This document shows, piece after piece, positions 1 to 31,842 of a stretch of 64,000 nt of DNA (position 1 is its first letter; every line of letters starts with the position of its first letter). Under the pieces are notes generated by a model, which saw only the letters and a program-made list of their open reading frames with translations, searched no databases and had not been told where the DNA came from. The position numbers were made by a program, and so were the translations under genes. Source of the stretch: Auanema rhodensis (Eukaryota > Animalia > Nematoda); NCBI GenBank assembly GCA_964057225.1, contig OZ059894.1, forward strand, positions 17,050,001 through 17,114,000, in the 5' to 3' direction.

Positions 1-3000
1 AATGCTGTTCACCTGCTTGAAGGTATAACAAAAAATTTTCTAGTTATAAATATCTTATCATTAGGTTTTGTTACATTCGCTCTTTATTTTTATGTCTGCC
101 ATTCTCATCCCTTTTTTCTTTGTCTGCCTCTCCTCTTATTTTCCCTCTCTCATCTCTTTCATCTTATTCTTATAGATTTATATCTTTGTAGGATTTATCT
201 TATATTACCTTGTGAAGTAACTCCTTATAACTTGAACATGCTTGTATAGTATTGGTTTTGCCTGCACAAACAGCGTGAGATTCACATAGATTTTGTTCAA
301 ATTTCGTATTCCAATCTAAATTTAACACAAATTTTCATTATATCTGCCGACATTTTATTCATATATATTTTTATTTATTCTTTGCTAACTAACAAATTTG
401 TTTCGTCTGTATATGCGCCAATTATTTTAACTATATAATATAGATATCATGAATATCTATGAACTTATATTGTTATTGTTTCTTATTTTCCAGCATTTTT
501 GCCTTTTATTTATGTTTTCTTTACAGTTGTCACTCTTATTTCAGCTTGCCTTCAATCTTCAATTCGTATAACGTTCAAACATAGAATAGCTCGTTTTTGA
601 ATTCAAATTCCCTAAAGGTCGACTTTTACTCACGTTCGGCTTTTCAACTGTCTTGATGTGCTTTCCTACTTGTAATAGTAGTAGAAGACTATGTAGCTCT
701 GTCCTTTGAAACTTGAGCTCATATTGTCTATTCGAAAAATGCGTTTCATGTCTATACAAGGAAAAAGGCAATGTGCCAGCATTAGCTTGATCATCTATCT
801 TACATCATGAACATAATACTACATAACATATCATCTGCCCTATCTCCTTAAAGTTGTTATTTCTCTTCAAAACCTATACTCAATTGAACAAAAATGTTTA
901 GCTTTTTTCATGCACATACTTTACTCTCTCTCTTGTCTATATCATCATTGTTGCTTTCAAGTCTGCTTTCCGTCTGCATCTCTTCCGACATCATTCTTTT
1001 ATCGTGTCGCATGTTTCATATTTTACTTTCAAAAACATCTTAACCCAATTTTTTGTATATTTTTATTTCAGTAAATCCTCCTACTTTTTGCTTTTACTTC
1101 ATATTACTGCCATATGACTCTTTTTTTTCTATTAGAAGTGTGAACGAGCGGAAGCAATAAGTTATAAATGCTTTCTCCTTAAAACATAGATTCTTCTAAA
1201 TTATTGAGATTATAAGATGATACAGAAAAATAGATGTTATACACAGAAAATATATTTTTGGAATTTAATTTATGAGAAATGTATTAAAAGCGAAATTGTT
1301 TCCGTATTTTTTGCTATAATTATGAATTTCTATTCAACAAACATACTCGTTCAGGTTTTGTTTAGACAGAAGGTAAGCGAGTGCTTGACTTGAGCTTATC
1401 TGATTCAATTACAAAACAAACTCTGTTTGAATTGAACATATATATATATATATATATTCATGGACGGAGTTATTTCAATAGATCTACAGCATTATTATTG
1501 TTGAAAAATCCTTGAATCCTTGTCATCATTTGTTTAAATATGTTTTGCCTGTTACTCACAAAATAGTTCCTTTATGGTATTTGCTATTTATTTATCGCGT
1601 ACTTTGCGCATTAATCAGTCTCAAGGAAGTCGTAGGGTTTCAGCCCATACTGGCCATTACTCTTGTAGAAACATATGCAGTGTAATTGATTACATTCAAC
1701 TTCAGTAGATAAATGATTTTTTTTTGAATTTTTGCTGTAGCCATTCAAGTCGAGCTTAACCAAATATATAGCTTAGTTAAGCGTGCATCATTGAAGCTGC
1801 ATTTCATTTGAAATCGGAGGTAGCTTCAACCAATTCCAACTAGTTTCTCTGTGCTTTTTACTTCCTATCTCTCTTTTTTTGCGGTTTTAGATGAGAAATT
1901 CTTTTAAATTTAGAAGAATTTAATCGTTTTGCTCTGAAGCAGATAAACCGTCCAGCAAGTGACTCTGTTTAACAATTAAGACAATATGAACTTCCACGTT
2001 TTTTTGTTTCTCATTACTAGATTATAATACTATGATTTAAAGTGATTTCATTAGTTTGTTAAGTTCAATCTATTCATTTCAACTATTCTACACATGTCCT
2101 TCATTGAGCAAGTTTGCGAATTTAATTGTTTTTTTAAAGTATTATTGTATTCGATATAATTTTTTTCAGTATTACCAAAAATTTATTAAACAATTATCAT
2201 CTATTTGCTCGATAATTATAAACAATTCTTATTTTTATGCATGATGGTTTGAGATCTTTATTTTGAATGATGTTCTCACGTTAAACATTCACACGCTGTG
2301 CATCAGAATAGTAATCTTACTAATAGAATACTAAGAATTCTGAGATTCGATATCTGTATTTTCCTGCTCTCATATTTTCATCTTTTTGTTCTCTTTTTCG
2401 TTTTTATATCTTCTACATTCTCATTCTAATTGATTGTTACACGCACGATGATATGCTATTTAGCGCGTTCAAACATCATGTTACCAATGAAAATCATGAA
2501 TATACAACAAGTATGCTTCTTTTGTTGTTATTTCGGTTTATTTAGCCTTGTGGCTTTTTGATTAAATTGCACAAATTGCATAAGGAACTAGTAGCCTAAG
2601 GCACATACACACACCTACTCAGAAGCTCATATGCTTTTTCATTCTGCTGTACACATCATTGCAATAACTTGTCACCTCCATGTAAATCATCATGCTCTTA
2701 CATCAACTTTTTGCGATTCATCGTTTTTTTTATCTTACATGAATTTGATGCTCGAAGAAAACATTCGATCAAAAGCTTGAAAATATGTAAAGCATGTCTT
2801 GCTGTAAGCTAGATAATTAGTATATCATTGCGATAATAATAATTAACTTTTATTAATAAAATCAAAATAATTTATTATGCTGTTTGGTTAGCTATCTCAT
2901 AATATACTGATAAATGGTTCATATGTTCCATTATCTTGAACGACAAGTTTCAATTCGACTGTTTGCGCTACGTGTTCCTGTTTTCTTCTCGGTCACATTC

Positions 3001-3270
3001 AGTTTTTTTTCCAATTTCCGCTTGAGTTTAGAATGAGCTCCTAACAACAATAGATTGAACATGACTATAAGCTCATAACATTTTATCATTTTCATAGTCT
3101 TTCATTCAGTCATTCTTTTTGGCATTTTACTATTATGTCTTATTTTATGTCAAGATGAGCTTAGTAGACAACCTCATCTATATATAATATACAGTTTTGA
3201 TCATATTATTTATTATTTCATTGTCTCTATTATCAAGTTCATACAGATTTAATTAAATTAGCCAATAACT

Positions 3271-3306
<36 letters not shown>

Positions 3307-5299
3307 GTTCTCAATTCATCATGCATTCATTCTAATTTTGTTACTTCTAATCATATGCTAGTATTTGAAGAAGAGCAAAGAAAAAATTTTCTATGATCCT
3401 TTTTTAATTTTAAATATTATATAAACTGCATAATATATGCTATTTCATATGTAATGATATCATTGCTATCTATTGGTATTTGTTAACATTTTCTCTAAAA
3501 TATCTGAGATTTGAGTTCAAAAATGTGATTTTTACTATAGAGTAAGTAAAACTTTACATTGAGGTAAAAAAGGAATATTCTTCACGACGTGTAGCTTGTT
3601 TATCTATTCATGAGCTAGCTACTTGCATAATTCCGTTGTGCATCCTTCTCTATCGTGTACAAGCATTGCCACATTTTTTACGCTCTTTTTATAAAAATCT
3701 TACCTTCCACCTTCGCTTTATCTTTTCTATTCTTTGTTATCAATTTGTTATTATATTTGCATAAGCTTTATATATATTAGGATACAGTTGCTAAAATCCT
3801 ACACATGAACGGCAAGTTACATGGCTCCAACCTTTTCTTTGATCTTTTTCACTTTGTTCAGCTCAACTTACATTCTTCCGACTGCTATTCATTTCTTGAT
3901 GCAGAAGATGAGAAAATAATTGTGAATTCTTATTGAATCAAACTTTTCTCAACATACTAATGGAAACTATTTTTTTTCTTAGTTTTTCCTCAAGCGATTT
4001 ATTGTGAATCTTAGTGAGATAAGCTAAATGTCTACCTTGTATCATGCACTCCTCGTTATTCAGCTAAATAATCTTATTCGTTCGCCTTAGTTTTTCTATG
4101 TTACTCACAACTAGCAGTAGCAGTTTTGTTCTTAAATTGAAAAGTTTCACTAAACTTTTTTCTTGTTGGATAGTTCTTTTGTCTATTCAAACAAATGGAG
4201 GAAATAATGCTTGTTATGCTCATACTCTTCAGGGACTTATGTTCAGAACGGTTATGAGTTTCAATTTTTCCTTTCCTCCATCTCACATCTTGTCCCCCCC
4301 CCCATCTTTTGCTCTACTTTCACCTCCCACTCTATTTCTTTCAATTCACCCTATCCAATTCTCTATTTCCTAGTCCTTCTCGCTATCTCCCTCTCTCTCT
4401 TCTTCTGTTCCTCTCTCATATATCAATCTCTTCTTCTCACGTACTCGCCTTTTCAATCATATACTTCCACTCTGCTTCTTCATCATCTTCTTCCCACCTC
4501 CTCTGCACTTGTCATGCTTCAATTTTGCCAGTTTTCTATAAACGGCCATGCTTTGTCCTGTCTTCTTATTCGATACTCCCGCATTAATCCACCATTTGAC
4601 TGCCCACATTTTCATTTTAAAAACTTTCTTCACTACTGCCATTAACTGAGTTTATTTGAATTGTAACAATCTTTGAAAATATTTAATGACTTGACCAGGA
4701 AATCGGTTTTTTCTTGTTTTAGTTTTTGAAAACTAAAATAATTGTTTATAGCTGTCATGAATAGTTTGGTAATAATTTAAACTTATTACTCTCGATTCTT
4801 ATAGTTTAGTTTTTTAGCTAGGTATATTACTTCATGTTTGTCACCCGTTTTGGTCATTTTTTTTGACGTCTTATCTCTTTTTGCAAGATTAGTGTGAATT
4901 CATTTTTTTTGTTGCATTGAAATCGAAAATGAATTAATTTTGAAATTTTTCTAATTTATGAGCAATGATTGAAAATGCATTTCTTTTTGTCCCAGGTAGG
5001 ATCATATTCTGCTTCAAATTTCATTTCCAAACAACCATTTTGAATATGTAGAGCTGTTTTCCTTTAAGAATTTTTCAATACTTAAAGCGCTGTTGAAATA
5101 TGAGAGATACTGCTATGCAATAACTGAACTGGGGAATATTCATCATATATTTTTATAAAATGTTGTAGTGATTTTCTTCTTGATAATTGTTTTTTTTTCC
5201 TTTTTTTATTCTCATACTTATCTTTTCATATATTTCAGAGGATGTTACAATAGTTCAAATAATAAAAGAGGATACATTTATTTGGATCAAACGGTGGCG

Positions 5300-22993
<17,694 letters not shown>

Positions 22994-25900
22994 CAGAATT
23001 CGGGAAAGAAATACATGAATACGTTCTTGTCCCGATGATATAATCACATTTTCATATTTCTGAATTTTATATGTTCATAATCTTATACATGGTTAACTTT
23101 GCTGCCTCAACCGCATAAGCCATGTGATCTGGATCGCTATTCAAAATTCCCATCATCTTCATTACGGCTCTTTTCATTTAGCATGAGCAAAGGATATATG
23201 TTTGAGCATACTCTCGTTCATATATTCTTTTCTTATAATATCATTTCTATAAATATTTTTTCGTTTTTTTGCATTCTTCGTCTTTTTCTACTTTTTGTTT
23301 TCTTGTTATGTTTGCATATCATTTTGTGTAAACATGTTTCTTAGTCTATACCCAACGATCTCAACCTATTGCATCTGAACTATCTCCTCCTTTCTCCATT
23401 TTCATCTCTTTATATTACTTCACCCTTTTTTTACTTTCCTATTCTCTTTGTCTATGTTTCTTGTACATTGATCTTAGTCTTTATCTCTTTCTAGCACTTT
23501 AACTTGCCATCGAGAGATACTAATCCATATAAACAAAATACTTTTCTCTCTTTCCCATTCCCTTGTCTTTTTCATGATGCAATTATGAAGAATGACATTT
23601 TCGATGGCATGCAGCACTTTGTACAAAAAATATACTGAAGCTTTCAATAACTTAGATGAATTTTCTATTTCCTAGAAATAACCACTTCTTATCAACTGTT
23701 GTGTACTTGTTCCTTCTTATTTCACTTCATATCAGTCTTGAAAGATGTCCACAAAGACGAAATGTAGTATATATAAATACTATCACATATGAATTAGTAT
23801 TTTATTAGTATTACAATCACCTTATTTCTGCATGAAGTTGGTGTATATCTCCGTCTTTTAAATGAACCACCCTGCCTGCCTAGATCTTATTTCAAAAGAA
23901 TGGACAGATTCTTTTCGGAACTACTCTTGTTTTTATGTGCAGATCTATTTGATTATATAAAATATAAATATATATTTATTATTTTTTTTCTCATTCTTGC
24001 TTAGAACCTTTCTAAGTAAGCAAGCAAGTTACAGCTCACGACGGTCGCATTCATATTTAAATCAAGAGAAGGGAGCTGAATATATGAATAAGAGGTTATC
24101 GTCTTAAGAATTCAAAAGAAAAAAATTTTAATGTTTTTTTTTGCGTTGAATACATCATACTTTCCCAGACATAGGTTTGAACATTTTCCGGTTCAAAACA
24201 GCTATTTTCCGGCTACGAGTTTCCCAGATTTTCAACAATAATGACTCAGATGGGTATAAAGATGAAAAAGAAAGACAATGGATATCTGATGAATTCACAT
24301 GACATTACTTTCACAAAAACATGACAAAATTTCTTTGTTAAAATTTCGTTTAATAATCATTAGCATACCCTAAATGAAGTTTGAATTGAAATTTGTTCAA
24401 AATTTTAGAAACCAGATTAGAAGAACACTTGCTGTAGATAATGCAATAATCGTATAATTATCTAAACGTCAAACTATTTACTAAGACTTCACCTTTTATC
24501 TATTTAATACTTTTTAAAGTCTTTATAAATTTATTTATTATTTATATATATATATAAGAATATTTAAAAATCTTCATAGTTACAGAGATAGGTTTAATGT
24601 GATCGAGTTAATAATATCTTGAAGATGTATTTGCACATTTTCCGGTTTCTCTGAAAGGATTAATAAACAACTTATATAATAATAATTTGAATGTTTTGCT
24701 GTATTAAAAAAAACATTTCGTCTAAGTTAAGAGAGGAGAAATCAAAAAAAAGTGTAAATCAAAAATGCGAACATGTAAACTAGGGAGGTCATTTTGTTTT
24801 TATCATATGTTTTTGTTTCTTTAGACACTAAAAGACATAATAAAAAGTTGAATTTTAGTATATTTCATTTACTTATTCATATGATCGTCCCAATAGTACG
24901 AATATTATAGTTTGCAGAGAAAAAAGTTAAATTTTGCTTTTCGAAAGCAAACTTTCAATAGTCTTCTAATATTTTTCTGTGATTATAGTTAAAAGGGATA
25001 ACAAAAACAAAATTGAATATATGTTTTTACTACATAAAATAGTTAATACTATATTTTAATTCTCATTATATCTCTGACGAAAGGACATTATAAACAGTAT
25101 AAACTAAATATAAACATATAATAAAACCAGGTCAATACTATACAATGCATACATCTTTCATCATAAAATATAAAATCATGAATTGGCTATCGATATCAGA
25201 CATATGCCAGTCAGTCTTTCAGTATCAAATGAAATACTTTGTTTCTGCTATAATATGTTGAATTTTGGGTTTGTTGTCTTTTTAATCTTATTGTAGATTA
25301 AATAAAATATGACAATCGTTTCATCAAAAAAGCCCACGTGAACTGTAATTGCAATTCATTTTGATTGCAACTTTTACATTCTATCGTCGAAAATAGTAAG
25401 ATTTCATCTGGAATATTAGATAATATTAACAGTCTAAGCGGCTTCTCAATTTTGTAATTCGAGTTATGAATGAAAGGAATTTTGATATTAACATCGTCCT
25501 TTATCGCTACTCTTTGTTCGATTATTAAATTGAATTTTTCGATCAACATTAATTATTTCAAGTGTTTTTAAAATTTGCTTAATGCGCAATCCATTTGATT
25601 ATTAATTTTATTGATGTTTTGCTGAATATTTATTGGTCATTTCTTCCTAGATAGCTAATTTCTTCTGTTTATTTATCATAGCTTAAACCACTCCATCGCA
25701 TAATTTTCGCGATTTCGCTGATTTGTTATCATTTCGTCCTGGCCGTTCCATTCTTTTCCTGCACTTGGAAACCACCTTATTTCGATTCCGATGAACTAGC
25801 TGCTGCTTATCCATATGCTTCAAATCCTTTTTGAAATGTTTATTCTATCTACCAAAAAGAATAAAAAAAAGTTTTTTATACGTTTTGAAAAGCATTGTTG

Positions 25901-26659
25901 TTTCAATTGATGTATTATAATCGATCTTCATATATCTCTATTTACTCTCATCAATTTCTCTTGTTCATCATCTGTTTTATGTAGTTTGAATACAAATGTC
26001 TCCACGTGTTTTTACATTTTTTTCATAATTCATTCACTTATTTTGATGTTCTACTTTCTTTCTTTTTTTGATTATAACAAAAAGACCGTGTTATCTTTAT
26101 AAATGCTTAAAAGAACAATGATTGAATGAACAAAATTTGTACATAAAACAATTATTATATACATCTCTTTTCATCTTTCAATCGAAAGATACAGTTCATG
26201 CTTTTGTTTATCACGCGTTGGAAAAAAATTGAAAGGTCACCATGTCCATCTTCCACAACATCTCCAATCTTTTTTTAATATTTTCTTGTTTTGGTTGTGG
26301 TGTGAATCATGAAACCTCTGACAGTTTCTCGATGCTATACCTACTCCCTCCATCACTCCTTCAATCTTTTTTTCAATTTTATAGAGATGCTGTACGAAAC
26401 ATGTTGAAGAGAAAAAGAGAAGTAGAGAGAGGAAGAGAAAATAGAGGTTGGATGTAAGTGGAGGCGGAACCACACTCTGCAACATTTCACATTCCAATCT
26501 CGTACTTATTTTTCAATGCTTTTTCACTCATAAAATCGCATATATCTTCTTTCATTTTTCATAATTTCTGATTCTTACTTTTAAAAGAAAAAGATTAATC
26601 ATCTCTTCTATCCCCTAATATTATTCAAATTTTCAGAGTTAATAAACAAGCTTTAAAAT

Positions 26660-27242
26660 ATGACTAGTGATGATCGAACTGTGCAATCTACTGAACTACT
26701 AAATCCCAGAGGTATTTTGGCACATTTCTATGTTTAGTCGTTGTTTTTCTTGTGAAATATTCCTTTCAACAAGCTTTATGGCTTAATAGACTCATCTTCA
26801 AAAAGATTGTTTCGGGATGCTTTCTTGCTAAAATTAGAAAAAACTGTATGAATTATCCTGATAAACAGCTTGACACTTTGATTCCAGTTAATGATCTCAA
26901 TAGGATTATGAGAGAATATGCTCGAGTTAATCAAGAAATCACGGAAGCTCTGAACATGGGCAATTTACTGATCGATGAATTCCGTGCCGTTCATGTAACC
27001 GGTGATGTACAATCGTCCGATATTGGGAAACTATTTATGTCGTTTCAACAATATATTGCTGAAAAATTTGAAGAACTCGAATCAATTGCTGTGAAAGTTA
27101 ATGACGTTTGATCGTGTGTAAGTAAGAGAACATTTGACTTGTTCATCACGAATTGTTTTTTTCTTCAGATGAATATGCTGATAGGATTCTCCTATTCAAA
27201 GAAAGGACAGCTTCATACATGAAAATCTTCAAAGCTTTTTGA
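26660..27242 (+). CDS. Hypothetical predicted alpha-helical protein (~130-140 aa); exon structure and 3' end uncertain
   Basis: TTTCAG acceptor at ~26636, ATG at 26660 (MTSDDRTVQSTELLNPR, then a GT donor), and a protein-like ORF LDTLIPVNDLNRIMREYARVNQEITEAL...EKFEELESIAVK. A further acceptor lies at 27168. No family recognised. Confidence 0.55.
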
Positions 27243-30200
27243 TTTTTATAGTGAAGGAGAAAAAAAATTATTGAGGAATCTGACTCATCACTGCATTGTG
27301 TCAGACCATTCAGTTTTTACTACTTATCTCATTGGGATTTTGATCGTTTTTTCTCATTTATATTGATCTTTCGTTCATAATAATATTATATTTGTATCAT
27401 TAAAATTCAATGTATAAACCTGTATTTTTAAAAAATGGAACAAAACGCTGCAAGAAGTGTAAAAAATGTTAAATTGAAAGTATTTTCATTGCTCAAGTTG
27501 AAATTTCTTTTGTTGTTTTCTTTTTTTTTTATTTGTATATACATAATAATATTATTAAAATTCGTAAAGTAAATCATTTTATGAAAGATGAAAGGTAAAT
27601 AAATTTGGTAGAACAAATTTCAAATTAACCGTTATTTTTAAAATTTCAATAAATTTATATATTTACGAAGTTGAAAATATATATTAAACACTGTATTATA
27701 ATAATATAATTATTAAATTGGAATAATTTAAATCAAAAACGCTTTTTTTTATTTAAGAGATAAAATATTTGTTTATATGTTTATATTGTAATTGTAGTAA
27801 TGAAATGAAACATTTATGTATTTTTTTAACATTTTCTTAAGGTCAAAGCCTTATCAAAGTCCTTTTAATGTAGCGGAAAGATTTTATGTTGTCATTTCTT
27901 GAGAAAATATATACAATTTGATCGAAAGATGTTCCATCAAGAAGAAAATTCAAATCTTTGGAAATGTGTTCACGTTAAGCTGAATTCTCTGGTTTTTGGG
28001 TTAAAAACTCAATGGACAGTTTGATTTTTTATCATGAACTTAACAAACAAATAAAATTCTTTGTGAGCAAACATATTAAGATAAGCTGCGAAGAAAGTTG
28101 TTTGCTGTAAAATGCCAGAAACTCTATACTTGGTGAACAGAATATTGAACGAATCAAATGTATTGTCATTGAAATAATAGTAAATTCATATTTGTTTTCT
28201 TTTGAAAGGAGCCAAAAACTGAAAATTGTTTCGTTAGCATCAAAGGTATTTGGCAAAAAGAGCTGAATCAATATAATGCTATTGTGTAAATATATATTGA
28301 ATTGAAAGATTAGTCATTACATTAGGGCAATATGGTTATATGCTTCTTCTACTTCATCATAACAATCATACGTCTCTATTTCTCTCATTCTATCTTTATC
28401 ACTTTAGAATCATTAATATCAATCAAATACTAAAATGAAAATAATACTTATGATATTCATATTTGCTCCCACAAGTTCCAATTGTGTCCTTAGCTTTTTC
28501 ACAAAAAAGAACAATTTGTCGGTCACCACTGTCGATGTCGCAAATTCATCAGTTCTTTCTATTTTGCCCGGAGGCCAAGATCAATTCGATTTTCAAGATT
28601 CAATCCTATCACCCATCGTTTTTCATTTAGAGTACACATCCGTAAAGCTGCTTCAATTAAAGAATAATTAGTTAAACGAACATTGGCACATAGTAAATCA
28701 TCAGAAACCATGTAAGCATTCACAAACTTATTGTGAAATTTCAATAAATATGTTTTTTATTCTACGCAACGTATGGGTGTTTGAGAAAAAAATTTCAAGA
28801 TAACAGTTGATAATACGATTTCTATCGGTGAAAGCATTAATATCCAATCCATAGTATTAGTATTCGAGTTTAGCCATTTTTAAGGATTTTGTCGTCCAAC
28901 GTCATCGTATAGTGGTTTCATCATAAAAGAATTAAGACAGTTGATGAGATATAATCTAAGTGGTATTCAAAGACAACACATTCTAGAAACAACATTATTG
29001 CCAACAGATAAAAAACTGCAAAATACGTTTAAATCTCAAAGTTATTTATTCAAATTTTGGCTAGGTCACCAGAATAGCTCTATGCCTTATCTTTGCTATG
29101 TCGGTCAGGTAGACATTTTCATGTCATTTATGAGCCCATTTGATGATGAGTACACCTGTTATCTGACAGTTTGCATGACACGCTTTTGAATTTTTTCTTT
29201 TTTTTAAAGGAAAATTATATTTGTTCTATATGAAGAATCATATAATCCAATTTTTACTTATGCTGCTAATGATAACATTCTATCTAAGGCTGAGAAAAGA
29301 GATCAAAACTTTAATAGAAATCGAATATTAAATTAATGATAAAGGTAATAAGAAAATAAAAGATAGAATGAGAGAGAGAGAGAGAGAATGAACTAAAAAG
29401 TATTTACCAGTTCGTATGATTTAGCTTAGCCTAGTTTAAAAAGGTAGGTTACGAGTGTAACAAGAGTTCATCGTCATCACCATTCTTATACAATCTACTA
29501 ACCAATACCAAATTAGACGAAACTTTAATGTAGGTTAAAAACTGGATAACATGGTTTTACTCTTCGCACTCAAAGTACAAAATATAGCTGCTTATTAAAA
29601 GGTTCAACCTTGAATTTTGAAAGTTCTCTGAGACGAGATTACTAGTTGAAGTCAAAATTGATTCGCTGCACACTGTACGAATCAAAACATTTGCAGTCGT
29701 ACATATGTATATGCATATCTATCCAAGTAAAATTTGACTAACAAATGAATTTCTAAAAAATAATCTGAAAATGATTAACAAAAGTTGGTAATGTCAGCCA
29801 GCAGTAAACTGAAGTAATAATGTGGAGTGATTAGTCCGTGGTTCATCGAAAGCAACATCTGTACTTCCTTAATCGAATGAGATGACATCAAGTTAGATTA
29901 TATGATTGCTATAGAAATGATAATTAAAGTAGAGGAAGAACAATAAGAAGATGAGAAGAGGTTAGTGAATGGAATAGAGAATATACGCTATACAAAGGAA
30001 TTTTAACTGATCTGGTTGGTTACTAACTTTTGGTGGAAACGATAATGATTCCTGATAGTTAATAGAGCATCGATGAAGACGGCGACAAATCTAAACCAGT
30101 TTGATAGATCCGTTTTTAATATTTATCAGCTATCGCGCATTGTCTCTCTCTTGATATATAATAGTCTATTTTAACTATGCAAACTTCAACTAACTATCTC

Positions 30201-30312
30201 CTCTTTATAATCATAAGCCGATCGTTCTGGGCTCATGGAACAAGACAGAAAATGATAAGATGGATACAAAGAAATTGAGAAGAAGAGAGAGTTCTTATAT
30301 AGCTTTGAAATA

Positions 30313-30430
30313 TAAAGAGAGAGAGAGAGAAGGGGAGACAGGGGGGAGAGAGGAAAAGGGAGACATTAAGAGGGAGAGAGAGTGTGCGCGACAGAGAGAG
30401 AGAGGGGAGTAGAAAAAAAGAGTCAGAGAG
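30313..30430. repeat. GA-rich purine tract upstream of the collagen gene
   Basis: Imperfect (GA)n and G/A runs. Confidence 0.75.
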
Positions 30431-31842
30431 GAATAAAGATTTTTCAATTTGCTGATCATTCGTGCCCGAACACCTAACATGCATTCATATCTACCAGTAT
30501 CCACGAACATAGCTTCATTACATCAATGACCGCACAGTTCTTGTTTAGTGAATGGTCAACAAATGTAGTGACGGACAGAATTGAATATGAAAGAAGGGAT
30601 AGCAGGTGATTTCGATGGGAGTAGATAACGGGAACCCCTAACTGGGTCTCTCACTTTCGTTTCCATGTTCATCAGAGCTAGACTTATGCTATCACGTTTA
30701 AAAGAAGAGTAGGGTGCGGCTAGCAGAAAATGAAAGACAACAAGAGAAGGAGACAGAGAGAAAGATAGAAAAATTGCGAGGTGCATAGTTTGAAAGTAGG
30801 AAATTTAAGCCTAGAGAGACAAGTGATTGATATGACTTGATATTCATTATCTATTACTAGAACGAAGTAATGTACGAAATAGTTATCGGATAAACTTTTC
30901 CTATCTGGAACTTGGTCAATCATTCATAAATTAAGTATACCGTATTCAATACCAGAAGTATGACAATCAAGGTGTGAAACCTATCTGATTATTTGGAGCA
31001 AAGCATTTATTCTGCAAAAGGATCAATGACCGCTTTAAGCTACAATACAACTTTTAGTCCAAATCAATTGGATTATATTCAACATTTTTGTGAAAATCAT
31101 TTCTTTTCTTCATAAGGCAAATGGTTTCAATTAAGAGAATAACCGTATTCATATAAGCGACAAAATCAGAACACTCAGCTGTTGAATTAACAGACTTTTT
31201 GTGAAATTAAAGCATCATTAAATTGAATTTAACGAAAAAATTAAGAGGAATAAGAGATCAAGAACAGCTAAATAGCCACGTGATGTAAATTTTTTCCTTT
31301 TTTTCTTAATTTCAACATAGAAAAATTCCAAAGATTCTTATAGTTATACGATTTTAGCTAAACTACGAATAATTTTGAAAGGCAAATACTTCACATATGT
31401 ATCAATTTATTATATTTTAACTATAATAACTGATATATTATAGTTAAATCTTTTAAGATTCTGATATTAACTCTAAACATATTTTTGGTTCTCGAGTTGT
31501 TGATGCCAATGAGACTATCGAGAGAGAAAGCCATAATTCCAATTGTGAAGTCATGTCTACTTCTTGCATTTCTATTCTCGTTAAAAATCTCTCCAGTTTT
31601 CATAATATTTTTTGATGATAAGGAAAATAAGAGAAATTTCTCGACTTATCACCCGGATAACTTCATCTAGTTTTTTCTTCGTCTCTAGTCTCTCCCAATG
31701 TCTCGCACTAATTATGGACGGTGCACGGACCCGCCCCTTATCCGATCCTTTAAATGGTCGAAGGACTCAAAAGGCTGAGAGCGTCCCCACTCCTCCACAG
31801 TTCGTTTCTACTTAAGAAGCTTCTGTGGCTAAAAACACAAAA

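Noticed and set aside
1-22. Upstream dkf-2 coding exon ending at AAG|GTATAA
   Set aside because: Truncated by the window edge. The frame compatible with the 5239 acceptor contains a TGA, so it cannot be assigned.
4098-4645. Cluster of overlapping ORFs up to 144 aa
   Set aside because: CT-rich low-complexity sequence lacks stops by composition; no domain or exon chain.
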